From NCBI GenBank assembly GCA_047967505.1, contig CM106538.1: a stretch of 64,000 nt of DNA. One strand, written 5' to 3'. Below are positions 1-13,617 of this stretch, piece by piece. Each line of letters starts with the position of its first letter. Position 1 is the first letter of the stretch. The DNA comes from Dipteris shenzhenensis. Its lineage: Eukaryota. A program made the position numbers and the translations under genes. The notes beneath the pieces are model-generated. The model saw nothing but the letters and a program-made list of their open reading frames with translations. It ran no database searches and had not been told where the DNA came from.

Positions 1-289
1 CCGATTGGATGCTAAGATTCGCAAGGGATGGGTAAGACACTTTGCTGAGGGGGATGTTGTGCTATGCTTTGATAACAGATTGGACCACCAAATGGATAAG
101 AAGTTTCTGCCACTGTGGGCTGGTCCATACAAAGTCATCAAAGAACGTAGCAATGGTTCTGTACAAGTTCAGGAGCTGCATGAACCATATGGCAAGAAGG
201 TGATCAACAAGCGCTACCTCAAGCCTTTCTTTGTGCGTGATGGTCCCAGGCATGGAAATGCGGTGCATTCCCTGCCTGGGGGGGGGAAC
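1..289 (+). mobile_element. Ty3/Gypsy integrase C-terminus and polypurine tract (3' end of internal region)
   Basis: ORF 5-301 has the integrase GPY/F motif KFLPLWAGPYKV...LKPF. A G-run PPT at about 278-288 directly precedes TGTTA at 290. Confidence 0.85.
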
Positions 290-1286
290 TGTTATGGATA
301 AAATTGTCTAAGGAAAAAGGCATTAATGTGTATGTGTGTTTGTATATGTGGCAATAGTATAATCAAATATGGTGTGCATAGGGCCCAAGGTTGAGGTGGC
401 AAGGCATGACCATGTGCCACCCTTCCATGTAAGAGGACCCATAAGGTGTGTTGTACATAATCCATAATAGTAATATTATAAAATGCAAGGTGGCATGGCT
501 CCTCCATGTGCCACCCCTCCACCTAGGATGCAATAATTGAGATAAGGCTCAAAGTCCAAGGGAGAAGCAATATAAAATGGGTGGAGATGGCTATTATATT
601 GAGTTATTCCCTCCATATGGGATAGGCCCATGTGGGGGAGGTATAGAAGGACAAAGAGAGCTAGTTAAATAATAGGGAAAGTAGGACGAGGTGGCAAGAT
701 TCCTTGTGCCAACCCTCCACTTGTCCTCCTAGAGGTTTGGACCTATTATAAAATTGGAAGAGACCTAGGAAGTATCATAGACTTGAGATAAGGGGCTTGA
801 TTTATGCGGAAAATTGAGGCAAAGGGTTGTCGCATACAATTGAGAGTGCGTACCCACCTAGCCCACATGGGAGACTTTTCCACACACACCATGCATGTGG
901 GAGGATACATTAATGTGGAGAGACCCCCTCTTTTGGCTATAAAAGGAAGGGGCAATTCCTTGATGGGACACGCTCATTCTTGTAAAGCCACCTAGCTAGT
1001 ATTTTGATATTTCCCTCTCATCCCTCCTTTCCAATAAAGTATGGTTCACTTCCCTTGATGTCTACATCTCAACATTCCTCTTCCTATCATGTACTTGCTT
1101 CTCTTCCCACACTCCCTTTCCCCTTGTGTCATAGTCTCCCTTTTCCTTCCCTCCATTTCTAATTCCTTATTCACCCCTATGACATCCCTTCGCCCTCGTG
1201 ATCTCCTTTTCTCTATGGCCTTTGAGCGTCGCCATACTTAGTCTCTAGCTTTTGGTCTCGGTTTCTTTTCCGGCTAAAAATACACA
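290..1286 (+). mobile_element. Gypsy 3' LTR (about 1 kb)
   Basis: Starts TG right after the PPT. TATA-like CTATAAAAGG at about 937, AATAAA at about 1033 and a CT-rich U5-like stretch. The CA end at about 1284-1286 is approximate. Confidence 0.7.
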
Positions 1287-2539
1287 TTCCTATGTGTTGA
1301 AGTTTTCTTCCATGCCGTGGAAAGGGTTATCCTTTATAATAATCTCAAAATCCATCTGGCAGGCTTGGGCAATCATTGCCAGTGTATAATCCTCCCTCAA
1401 GTCAAATATTTCTTGAATGTCATGAAGAAGAATATACTCCATACCTCCAATTTGGAAAGAGGAAATCAATAGCACATCATGGGCTACACCTTTCAATGTC
1501 AGGGCTTCAATACTTACTAGTCGGTCAAGTGTGTTTGACGTTAGTGCCACAAGGTCCAATGCAGCAGCTTCATCTCTCTCCTTGACTACATTTCTCACCT
1601 CCTCTTCATCCTTCTTCTCTGCTACTTTCCCCTCCTCTTGGAGTTTCTCTTTATTTTATTGTTTTGGCGATCCCAAGGCCTCTCTTCCACTTCCTCCTCC
1701 TCTTTCATCTCCAAGTATTGTTCAATGTCAATGTGGTGATAGTTTAGGTACAGTAAAAATAACAAACATTCCTCCATAATTTTACACTTTCTAGTGTGCA
1801 TGTTCCACTTTGCCTTAACATTCTCTGCTAAGAGGTCATATCTTTTGTGAATGAAAGACCTCAACTTGTTATCCATCACACCAAATCCTTAATGTGGATA
1901 TAATACTTATCTACAGTACAAACCCTACCCTCCCCTATGAGCTTTTGAAACACATTGCACTATTCAGTCAGAATTTCAATGTCTTGATCAATGAAATCTG
2001 AATAATCTAGCTCTTTGTTGAACATTTCATAGAAAATATGGAAATCATGCTAGGCATTCGACTTATGGAGGAAGTCAAAAAGTAGTTCATCAGATGATGT
2101 ACTTTCTTCTCTTGACTTGGAAACTTCTAGGGCATGTGATGTCCCTTCCTTGGGGTAAGTTGATACTCTTTCTTGAGTCCTTTTCCTTTTCCTACATCAT
2201 TGTAAACTCTTCATCAATATCTAATTGTAGACATCAACACAAGAAAAATCAAGACACATAGAATGAAGAGTCTACTAGTTTTAGGATCCTCCATAAAGGC
2301 AACATCAGGAGTGATGACCACACTCCTTTTATAGGAAACCCTTCTCTTATCTTTTGGATCTGATAAAGCAAACATGATTTCAAAGAGTGACAAGAAAAAC
2401 TTTAAGCAATACCAGAGAAAACCTACAAATTGTATTTAAGAGAGTGACCTAGCCTGATGGGTAGGCATCAAACAAAATATGAGCTTGTTGTGAGGCCTCT
2501 TGCAACCCAAATATTCTATTTGAGCTCATTTTGATAATT

Positions 2540-4095
2540 ATGCTTAAGAAAGTGATTTTGGTTAATAGGGGGTTGATTTGGCCTATCGGAGTCTTTCCCA
2601 ACAAGCCAAATCGCTTTCTTATACACATTTTCTAAAAGTGTACTCAAGAAATATTTTGACACGTTGAACAATTCTAAGATAGCCAAAATCACATTCTTAA
2701 GCACAATTTCAATAAGTGGGGCTGAAATAAAGGAACTTTACTTTAGAAGGCTTCCCAAAATAGACAAGAACTAGCTAAACACATAGAGAAGAAAGCGATT
2801 TGGCATGTTGGCCAAGCCTCCACAAGCCAAAATCACTTTCTTAAGCACATTTCTGGGATTGAGTTTAAGAAATAAATTTGGCCTATTGGCCAAGCCTCCA
2901 CAAGCCCAAATCACATTCTCTAGAATGTTTTGTGAATGCATACCTTTTGAGTGTTGCTCCATTGCATGCACGACCATTGTTGTTGTTATTGTGAGACTAA
3001 TGTGATTGCTGTAACCTCGGAGTGGAGGAGGATGAACATACTTTATGGAGGAGAATTAAAGTATGATGGTACGATGGAAGGCGAGAAGTGAGAAGAGACA
3101 GAGAGAAGCATGAAGCAAAGAGCAAGAGGCCAAAAGTGAGCCGTTACACCTATGTATACCCATGGTCATGATACTGAGGTCCATACCATATCCGTACATG
3201 GGGCTCGAGTCTCAAGGTTGATGTCATTATGGTGGTATGCTTCTATTTATGGAAGGTATAAAGCTCTAGATGTGGCATGCTTCTATTTATAGCACACAAG
3301 TGGGCTCACTTTCGAGGCACCACGTTATCGTTTTTGGATGCAACTACGTATACCACTCATGAAACCTCATGTCTAGTTTCCTCAAGCTTTCCACCTCGCT
3401 TGTCGATCAAATCCACCACGTGCACTCAAAGTCAAAGTTTCTCTAGAAGTACATGTGCTACCACAAGTGCAAACAGACTCTACCATAAACAAAAGTTGGT
3501 ATGGTGGAATCCAGTCTTTCTTTAGATCTAATTTATGTGTGTATACCACTTTTGTTAAAATGTGCTTAAGAAAGCAACTTGGGCTATTGGGCCATGTCCC
3601 AACACTCTAAATCACTTTCACATTTCTTTAGCTACTCTTGCTTTCTACTTTTTGGATCCTATTGTGAACAACATTTGTTTAAATGTGCTTAAGAAAGCGA
3701 TTTGGGCTGTTGGAACTATCCCTAAAACTCCAGATCGCTTTCTTAGGCACATTTCTAGAGTTGCTCTTGTTTTTAGATTTTTGGGGACTAGTCTTTCTCT
3801 CCAAGCTTCTGAAGGTACTTATTAGTAACTATGAAAGCAGCACAAAATGCACTCATATTTGAAATCTAGGAGGCATATTTTAAATGTCCTCAAGAAAGCG
3901 ATTTGGGCTATTGGACCATCACCAACACTGCAATTAGCTTTCTTAGGCACATTTCTACAGTTGCTCTTATTTTCTGGTTTTTGGGTGCTTCTCTTTCTCT
4001 CCAAGCTTATAAAGCTAGTTAGTAATTATGAAAGAAGCACAAAATGCACACATTTAAAATCTGAGAGGCATATTCGAAGTGTGCTCAAGACAATT
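2540..4095. repeat. Array of about 7 imperfect hairpin units, partly inside a ~200-bp tandem repeat
   Basis: The arm AAATGTGCTTAAGAAAGCGATTT and its reverse complement ATCGCTTTCTTAGGCACATTT recur as stem-loops near 2540, 2640, 2790, 2865, 3558, 3681 and 3882. Confidence 0.75.
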
Positions 4096-5039
4096 TTGTA
4101 TTGTTCTTTTATTCTAGTTTTTGTATGCTAGTCTTTCTCTTCAAAATCTAAAGGTAGTTTGTTGTGTAATAGGAGCACAAATTATTGTAGTATTTTGATA
4201 AAGATTTAGGGATCTCGGAGACATATTTGATTGTTTTTTTTTGGCAAAAAATTAGAGTGTCTTTATTGCTTTATAACATTTAATACATCAAAAAGATATC
4301 TTCTGGAATATCAATTCTGAATATATCAGCACTTACATCATGAAATAACACAAAACTATCAACTTCAAAAAGGCCTAAGAGGGGCTTCTCAAAGATGGAA
4401 GGAGAAGCTAGAAGTTTCCTCTTTGGAGTCTGAAGCTACAACAATAGTAGTATCTATAGAGTGATCATGAGTAGCAACAAGGGCCTAAGAGGGGTCTTTA
4501 GACATAGAAGCCAAGTCATGCATTGAAATAGGAAGAACCACTACAAGACCTTGGATATGATCGAGAAGAGTAGAAGGGAACTAAGCAGAGAGGCTAGCAC
4601 AATGGAACTGAATGTTAGGAGAGGCAGCATGTGGCTAACCTATTGAGTCCACATCCAAGGAGGGGGGTTTGCTAGAGAGGCTAATCACAGTAGAATGGAA
4701 GGGAGGGATAGCAACATCAGCAATAGTAAAAGTGGTAGGAGCTTTTCTTGAAGAGCCATCAAGATGTAGAGAGATTGATCCTAGAGAAGAGGGTAAGGGA
4801 GCACCAGTTGTTGCTGCAACTTTCCTTTGTAGTAAGGGGGTAGTTTGGCAAGATTATGTGATATGAAACAAGAACGTATGTTTGGAGATGTTTGAACTTA
4901 GTCTCCAGTGTTCAAGGTTATATGCACTAATAAAGGAGTTAAGTCTTCTCTTTTCCTATCCCACATCAGTACAAAAACTCTTGCAAATAATTTGTAACTG
5001 TGGTTTAACATTGTTAGAGGTTTTCACACCACTTTTGGC

Positions 5040-7170
5040 TTTTAGAGTTGGAAAATTCAAAAGGGCTCTATGCTTGTGGCTAGGGGTGCCAAGTGTGGGA
5101 ATTTGTATCCCTTACATGTATCAGGGGTATTTGATCATGTTGTTGCAATAACCGAGCAGCCAAGCACTTCTTTGTGGCATTGCAGGTTAGGGCACATGAG
5201 CCAGAATGAAATGAAACTCTTATGTCGTTTGGATTATGTACCGCATTTGAGTTTCTCTGATTTTGAATTTTGTGAGCACTGTCTCTATGGGAAGCAGACT
5301 AAATCAGCCCATAAAAGAAGGGGAAAGAAAGAGTTTGAAAAGCTTGATTTGGTGCATTCAGACGTATGTGGTCCCATGCCTACACGGTCATTAGGCGGGG
5401 CTGAATACTATGTGACATTCATTGATGATGCAACTAGGAAAGTGTGGGCTTATGCTATAGCTCGGAAGAGTGATGTGTTCTAGGTATTTCAAAAATGGCT
5501 AGCCTTGGTTGAAAATCAGTCAGGTAGAACGCTTAAATGCCTACGGACTGACAATGGTGGAGAGTATCTCTCTCATGACTTTCAGCATTTCTGTGATACA
5601 CGTGGGATTAAGAGGGAGCTCACATCCCCTCATACTCCTGAGCAAAATCCAGTTGCAAAAAAGATGAACCATACCATTCAAGAAAGGTTGCAATGCATGC
5701 TTTCCAATGCAAGTCTTTTTGGTGGTTTTTGGGCTGAGGCAATGAAGACTGCAGTGCATGTGATCAATAGATCACCTAGTAAGAGTCTGGATGGTGGTAT
5801 TCCTGAAGAGGCATGGAGTGGCAAGAAGCCCTCTTACTCTCATTTGCATATATTTGGGTGTGAGGCATATGCACATGTGCCAAAAGAGCTTCGAAAGAAG
5901 CTAGATCCTAAGTCTAGGAAATGCATCTTTTTGGGTTATGGTGAAAGTGGAGAGATGGGCTATCGTCTCTGGGATCCAGAAGCAAAGAAGATCATACACA
6001 GCCATGATGTAGTCTTCAATGAGAAGAAGATGCATAAGGCACCCATGAGGGATGTGGAAATGAGGAGAATCACTTTCCAGGATGTGAATCCACCCACATA
6101 TGTTGATAGACAGCAAGCTGTCCATGCACCAAATGTGCAAGAAATGGTACCATCAAATAGTCCCACAGGTATACAATCAAGGGTAGATGATGGATCATCT
6201 ATTAGTGGCACTGATGAGCCAAATGTGGCTGATATGCAGGTGGGACAGTAAGCTGAAATGCCCTTGAGAAGATCATCTAGAGTATCTAGACCCCCTGATA
6301 GGTTTGTTCCAGGGGTAGACTATGTGATGCTTACTGATTGCGGGGAGCCTTCTTGCTACAAAGAGGCTATGATGCATGAGGATCAATGCAAGTGGGAGTA
6401 TGCTATGCAATCAGAGATGAGTTCACTTATGAAGATTAAGACTTGGGACTTGGTTTCTTTGCCACATGCCACATGGAAAGAAAGCATTGCCATGTAAATG
6501 GGTTTACAAAATGAAGGTCACAGGTGATGATATGCCTAGGTACAAGGCCCGTTTGGTCGCTAAAGGGTTTAAGAAAGAGAAGGGTGTGGACTTTGATGAG
6601 ATATTCTCTCCGGTTGTGAAGATGACCACACTTAGATGCATGCTTGCACTAGTGGCATCAGAGGATATGGAGCTTATGCAGATGGATGTCAAGACAGCTT
6701 TCTTGCATGGGGATTTGCATGAGGAAATTTACATGGTGCAGCCGGAAGGCTTTGAAGAAAAGGGTAAAGAGCATTTAGTTTGCAAGCTGAAGAAGAGTCT
6801 CTATGGTCTTAAGCAAGCACCTAGAGAATGGTATCAGAAGTTTGATGCTTTCATTCGGTTCCAGGGTTTTAGAAGGAGTGAAATTGATCACTGCCTCTAC
6901 ACTAAAAGAGCTAAGGATAATAGCTTGATAATCTTGGCACTATATGTGGATGATATGCTATTGGCTAGCAAGAATACTTATGAGCTAGATGCATTGATCG
7001 GAGTAGGAAACTCCTTTGGCTTTCACAAAAAGAGTATGTTACAAAAGTATTGTAGCAAGAGAAGAGAGGGCAGCTTCTCTTTCTGGCCACCCTCTACCTC
7101 ATGAAGAAGCAAGAAGGAAGGGCTTGTCAAGGTTCATACAGATGATAACCCTGCAGATATGCTGACGAAG
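5040..7170 (+). mobile_element. Ty1/Copia pol remnant (GAG-pre-integrase, integrase, RT, RNase H tail), disrupted
   Basis: Motifs LWHCRLGHMS, LDLVHSDVCGP, LRTDNGGEY, KCIFLGYG, MDVKTAFLHG, LYGLKQAPR, LYVDD, and LVKVHTDDNPADMLTK at 7123-7170. Stops at 5481 and 6249; frameshift at about 6465. Confidence 0.95.
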
Positions 7171-8210
7171 AGGTGGAGCTCGGCCCCAAGATGGGGAGGA
7201 GACCCATTTGCCCTCCTAGACATCGTTTGTGCCTGCAATGTCTCTAGAAAGTGTATTCATCTCTGGTGCGACCTTTGGGATGCCCAAAAGGTTGACTAGC
7301 TCCCGGTTTATTTTATGCACCAGAAGTTTGCACTCAACGATGGTGACGCTGATCTAATCCAAGCAGTGCTAGACAGCACCCCCAACTGGTGCCTTCGAAC
7401 ACCTGTCCATCCCCAAATTGGAAAGCTTCCCAATGGCTAATAGGGAAGCAATGCTTTTGCAAGATCTCCTCGAAATCAGTCTATGGACACTTGATGCAAG
7501 GAAACACGGTAATTTCAGATCTGAACCAAAAGTGAATGCTAAGAAGAGGCACTGCGTGGTAGAAGGATAGGTTTAAAGGTATTTGGAAGGCATGCATTGT
7601 AGGGAAAGTAAGCTTCTTACTCTGTGGATGATTATTACTCAATGGCTTCCTCTCCGAGGGAAGCTCGCAAAGTGATTCACAGTCAACATGTGTGTCAACT
7701 GTGTAGGAAAGCCACCAAAGTGGTTCACCACCTAATGTGGAACTTCTTGGCTACAAGGAGCGTGTGGCTCTAGATAGAAGTGGCCATCAGAAATGCTAGG
7801 CTAATAACCAAATGCCACCTTGGGATGCAATGGAAACCGATTCTCACGAGTGGCACCTCGAAGTTTCCCTCTACACTAGTGGCGTGCATGCCATACCTAA
7901 GAGATAATGTCTGTATGGCAATGTGGGAAGTGAAAAACAAGATTGTCTTCCAGCACAGAATCTTGGTGGGCCATAGGGAGTCGGTCATCCTCACCCTTAC
8001 CAAAAATAACCTAAGGGATACGAGTTTGATAACTCAACTTCAGGACCCCCTAGTAAGGAGGTACCTCTTGGTAGTTCTGTCCTGTGTGAAATGGGTTGTG
8101 ACAAAGCTGTTTGCAACATAGGCCGAGGGTAGGTAGTCCACTTGTCGGCCAATTTTTGTAAACAAGTCTCTTTTTGCTGGGCTAACCACCCCCCGTAATA
8201 TAAAATTTCA
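7171..8210 (+). mobile_element. L1-type LINE 3' fragment (zf-RVT region), decayed
   Basis: Translations LLWMIITQWLP, CQLCRKATKVVHHLMWN and MWEVKNKIVF match plant L1 zf-RVT and W..RN..VF motifs. Confidence 0.65.
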
Positions 8211-10639
8211 ACCTTTTTTTTTTTAAAACAACCACCAAGTGGAAGCAAGGCACTTTTATAGGATATACCTTCTTGCAATCAAGTCCATGTTAGTTTAGTG
8301 TGTGAGTTCTTTTTTGGGTTTAAGGGTCGGAATTTTTTTGTCAAAATGCCATGTGAAAGAGAGAGAGAGAGACAGAGAGAGAGTTCATCATAGCAAACCA
8401 ATGAGGATTAATTTTAATTTGACAAAGTAATAACATGATTCAAAGTCTCTATTGAATGATGCTGTTAAGGCCAATATCACTTCAAGCTAGCATCAAGGCG
8501 TGTCCTAGAAATCATGTCACACAAAGAACTACAACAAGTTACACATGAGGAGATGATCGATGAATATTGTAGCAAGGGTCAAGACACGATCTCAACATTG
8601 CAAATTTTACAAGATAAAAAAAAATGGCTCTATGCATTACTAGTCCAAGAAGAGCACTATCACTTGTTAATAAATCCTAGTGAGTAGGGAATTGGTGACG
8701 ACACTAGCATCCCTAGAATTTGGAACTCTTAGAGCACTCCATTTTGTTCCTCGTGAAATTGTCCTTATGACACCTGATCCTGTGATAAAAAGGAACCAAA
8801 GTCCATTGTCGTTTTTGGTGTAGAAAACATGATAAATTGACATTGATATCTCATGTAAAATCACTAAAAGTTTTATTGTCTATAGCAACATTTGTAGGCA
8901 CCAAACAAACACTTAAAAATGAACTCCCAAAGGAAAAATCAATTCATTTCTAAGTGCCAAGATATTCATTGATGCAAGAGCAAAGTGATTGCATTGGTTC
9001 TTGACACACATGCTCATCAAGTGACGGTAGATTGGAACAAGAATGTCACCAAATTAAAGCTCTACATACCATGTGTGTTCAAAGGATACTACTAAACTTA
9101 GTATAAGTAATTTTGGGAAAATTGAAAGACTTTGGAAAACAAAATGGAGAGAGAACACCTTACATTACCCCTTTTTAGGATCCCTTCATCATATTCTTAT
9201 CTTTGTCCATCTTTATCTTTGTTTAAGCACATCGATTTTGTTAATTTTGGGAATCTCTTGTTTCATAATAGTGGCTCTTTGGTTTTTTTGATTTAGAGAA
9301 TGTATCTATTGTTTCGTTAATTTTACGAATGAACTCTTTGTCAAATATTTCAATATTATCCCACAAATATTCATGTATCTTTGACACCAATAATTGCAGC
9401 ATTCCACAATCCTTCAATACCCTTGACATTCATTTAACATGAAGTTTTGAATCATACTTCTTTTCTCATTTTAAAATTCCCCTTTTCTAATAATACCACA
9501 AGGTCATACGCATTCTACCTCACCCTGAGAAAAGGACAATTGACTTAATTGCTTAGCCAAATAAACACAACACATTCATAAGGTGGAATTTGGACATTCT
9601 CGGTCTTCTTCTCTACTTTTGGTGCCCAAGTGCATCCTATTAAGTTTGCTTGCTCGTGTTGGACTAACTCCATGTATTAGAGGCAAGATATGTAAGGGTG
9701 TGGGCTAAAAACATACCTCTAGCAAGGATCAAGAGAAATTAATGAGAGATCCCCTCCACCTTTTCCCCCCTAACTCATACCATCTTGCACTTAGATGTTA
9801 GCCACTTTTAGAAGGAAATGGGATGGGTATTCCTACCTCTACACCTGGTTTTGAGAGACTGGAGGGACCTTCCCCTTTTAAAATAGATGTGTTCCCCCAT
9901 TTCCATTTCACTCCATTTGATTGGTAAAAGGAGCTAACAACCCCCATGGTTTTTTCATCCGCTTTCTCAAAGGACCCTTCTCTTATAATATGGACCCAGA
10001 CTTGAGCCAAATGGAAGGTAGACTAAAGGAGTTTTATTGTATGCTCCAAGGCCCTTATACAAGGGATTTATTAAAGAGTTTAAGGGAAGGTTTTTTGCTA
10101 TGCCTTTTGCTAGAAGTGCTCGTCACCTTGGAGGCCCCAAAAATGGAGGAGGAGGTGAAACCAAAATCCTAGACAAAAATCTAATGGAGAAGGAATATAA
10201 AATCTCAAGTCCAAAGAGCAATCTTCTAGACCATACTACTTCACTGAAAGCATGATAGATCCTCTATATTTGACTTTAGATGATAAAGCTATTCTAAGCT
10301 CCTTCTTACTTCACCAAGTTGGTGATCCAAGGCTAAAGGGTAAACCACAAATACACCCTATGCCCCTCGTAGTACAGGGAATCATTCCTTATAATAGCAT
10401 TTTTGTAGAGTTTCTGTCAATCATATCCTGATGAAAGGGTTATGCATATGGTACCCAAAAGGATGTTAATTTTATAGCCTACATCATGAGGCCACTCTAA
10501 CACCTCATAATAAAACCATAAAGATCTAAGTTTGTGGATTTATTAATGTAATCCCATGCTATACTAGAAATATATTGACAAATCTTTTAACTGCATCTAG
10601 ATGAGTAATACAATAAAGATCTTATTTTGTATATCTTTC

Positions 10640-11780
10640 ATATTTGAATCAATGATCTCATGTCATATTACAAAGATATCTAAGAACTTTGCATCCAAAT
10701 GAGCCTTCATGGGATTCTACATGTGCTGACATAGAACACCCACTGAATATGCCTAATAATGGCCAAAGAAGCCAATTTCCAACAAGTTTTCTGTACTATT
10801 GAGAATATGTATCTAGTGACCTATCATAAGCTAAAATATTTTCCCCCGATGTAGGCAAGAGCTTTTACAATCCTACATGCATAATTGCTTTAGAGTTTTC
10901 TAAGTATACTTACCTTGTGTTAACATAATACCATGTCTGCCTCTCAAACTTTCTATATTGAGGAGATGATGGAGGTCTCACGTGTCTTTTATCTCAAATT
11001 CCAATTTTGATCTAACTTTGGAATTCTAAAATGAGCTTGCCATTGTATCCTATGAAAATGTACGAGTCTGATGACCCATGCTAAGATGGATCATGGCATT
11101 CCATGCTCTTAGTGCTTGTTTCAATCCATAAAAACATTTCAATATCTATAAACATTTTGTGCTTTCCCTTTGATAACATAACCTTAAAGCTATTGCATAT
11201 AGATTTATCCATTGAGAGAATCATTCAAGAAAGCATTTATCACATTCATTTGATGTATAGGAAAATCAAAGTACGATGCTAGAGCAATTACTATTCTTAT
11301 GGTGGTCAAATTTTGTACCTAGTACAAAAGTTTCCTCATAGTCTATACCATATTCTTGTGCATAGCCTTTGGTAGGCAAGTTTGGCTTTGTACTTGCAAA
11401 CTACACCATCTTGATTTAGTTTGACTCTATAAACCCACTTGCATCTAATGGCATTTTTAAAGGGATATCAAGAATGGCTTTGAAATTTGGATCAACCTTA
11501 CCTCTGTTGGGTACTTTCCTCCACCATTTCGGATCCATGACATATGCTGACTCCTTGTTGTGCAATAAATGCATGAAGATTTGGAATTTCTCCTTTGCTT
11601 GTGTTGAACATTCACTTGAGGGTCTTGAGGTCGTTTGCCATATGCTAGTCAACCTGGTAATCACCTTTGCCCTCAACATGGAGATACTGTCCTTGAACTT
11701 GATCTTTGATAATTGCAAGTAGTTTTGTGAAGTGGAATAACCAATCAAGATTTTGGAGGTCCTCTATCTTAACCTACCAC
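10640..11780 (-). mobile_element. Ty1/Copia integrase end and RT remnant, heavily decayed
   Basis: Minus strand reads IGYS, MDPKW, CKWVYRVK, KGYAQEYGIDYEETF, HQMNVINAFLN, YGLKQALRAW and VGVLCQHM..P.KAHL, with many stops and frameshifts. Confidence 0.85.
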
Positions 11781-13486
11781 TGAAAATGCAATTGAAGAAT
11801 CAGACATTCATAAATACATTATACTTCTAAAAGCACAGTTTTAATCCAAATATGTGCTTATCTCAAATGCGCGTAGCCACCAAATGTGCTTTTTTGATTG
11901 CAAACAGAAGTGATTTGAGTCTGCTCTTGTAATTGATGGATCAAGTGCTCTACTTATTAAAGTAAAGGTCACTCATTCAAAAAAATTCTCCTTGACAATT
12001 TCACATTCGTCCAGCTTTATAACAAAATTTAGAAGTCCTTGGCACTCTTCAAATGTCATAACATAAGACAACCATTCTCTTTTGGACATGTTGAAGATTG
12101 ACAAAATAATTGCTAAAAGAATTATATATAGTGGTCTCCTTGACATTTTTGTACACCCCTTCAATATGTGTATAGTTTTCAATATAATCATCTACTTGTT
12201 GGTCGAGTAGGCCTCTTAACTTCCTCTCTTCTATAGGCTTTGGCAAGAGCACACATTTTATCCTCTGATCTTTTAAGATTATTGATACTACTTTGAAAAT
12301 GGAAGTGTTACCTTTTCTGCTCACTCCACTCTTGTCAAATGTCCCTTGGATTACATTCACATCAACTTTGTTACTATCTACAAACTTGTTGCATTTGATT
12401 GTTTTAATTTTTTTCTCCTCTAGCATAATTTTTGCAATTGTAGCCAACAGTAAACCTTTCTTACTGGAGTGGCATCAAGATCAACATTTTCTTTTTAAGG
12501 CTCAAAAATTTTCCTACAACAAGCACAAACAAAATAGTTTTTCTAAGCTCAATTGCTATTATCGTCGAGTAAGCATTGTCTTTATGTTTTATTAAAAATA
12601 GCAAAAGCAAAAGGAAACTTGCCTTGCTTTTTGAACTCTATGCTTGCATCCTCCACAGGCATCTTTCAATTCTATAAGGTTGTAAATTTTTCTATTTTTT
12701 GAGTCTATCTCTTAAGGGTGTGGCTTTTGGTTTGGCTTTCCTCAACATCTGCTTTGTCTTCATGTGTTCTTCCATTTCTTTTTGTAGTTGCTCTTTCACT
12801 TTAGAGCTTTCTGCTATCTATTTTACAATTTCATTCCCATCTCTTGTTGGTATAGGCCTTTGTACATTTGCACAGCAGAGCAGCTTGAGTTTTGACATAC
12901 CCAAGTAGGCCCTTATTGCCATCACCCGCAAACTTTAGTAGTGTTGTTAGATTGAAAAATGAAGGAGTAAAGATCTTGATTTAACATTTTGGGTAAATGC
13001 GTCCATCACACCATAAATCGATATATTGTGAACCTTCTATCCTCATGCTCTCTCTTTGCATTGCACCTACTTGTGGACCCTTCCATCATTTTTGCACAGG
13101 CACATACTCTTCTTCTAAATCAGTAAATTCTATTCTTGCTGGATTGTTCTTTAGTGGAGTGGTCGCATGTTGCCATTTTTTTAAGCAACGTTGTCCCATT
13201 GCTTCACACCCTCGTCAACTTTTTATAAGTGTTAGAAATGGACTTAGAGTGATAATCCATGTTAATATTTCATGAGGATGTTTAAAATTTTAAAAAGCAA
13301 ATATTCTTAAAGTTTAGTTATGGTTTCTGAACACGAAATCTTATGACCTACATAAGTCAACAACGATAAGTCCATGTTTATCTTTCATGTGGACATTTAA
13401 AAATTTGAAAAACAAATATGCTTGAAGATAAATTATGGGATCGTGACTTGGAAATTTACTTCCTACAAGTAGCTCAAGTTGACATG

Positions 13487-13617
13487 GCCATAACCCTAAT
13501 TCACCTAGTAGGTTTGATGTGTCTTGATATCATTACTCTAATTCACCTAGTAGGTTTGATGTGGCCATAAACCTAATCCACCTAGTAGGTTTGATGTGGC
13601 TTGATATCATTACTCCT
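13487..13617. repeat. Short tandem repeat, three copies of CACCTAGTAGGTTTGATGTG
   Basis: Directly visible. Confidence 0.85.

Noticed and set aside
2540-4095. CRISPR-like array
   Set aside because: Eukaryotic context, no cas genes, irregular spacing, degenerate arms, and spacers related to each other.
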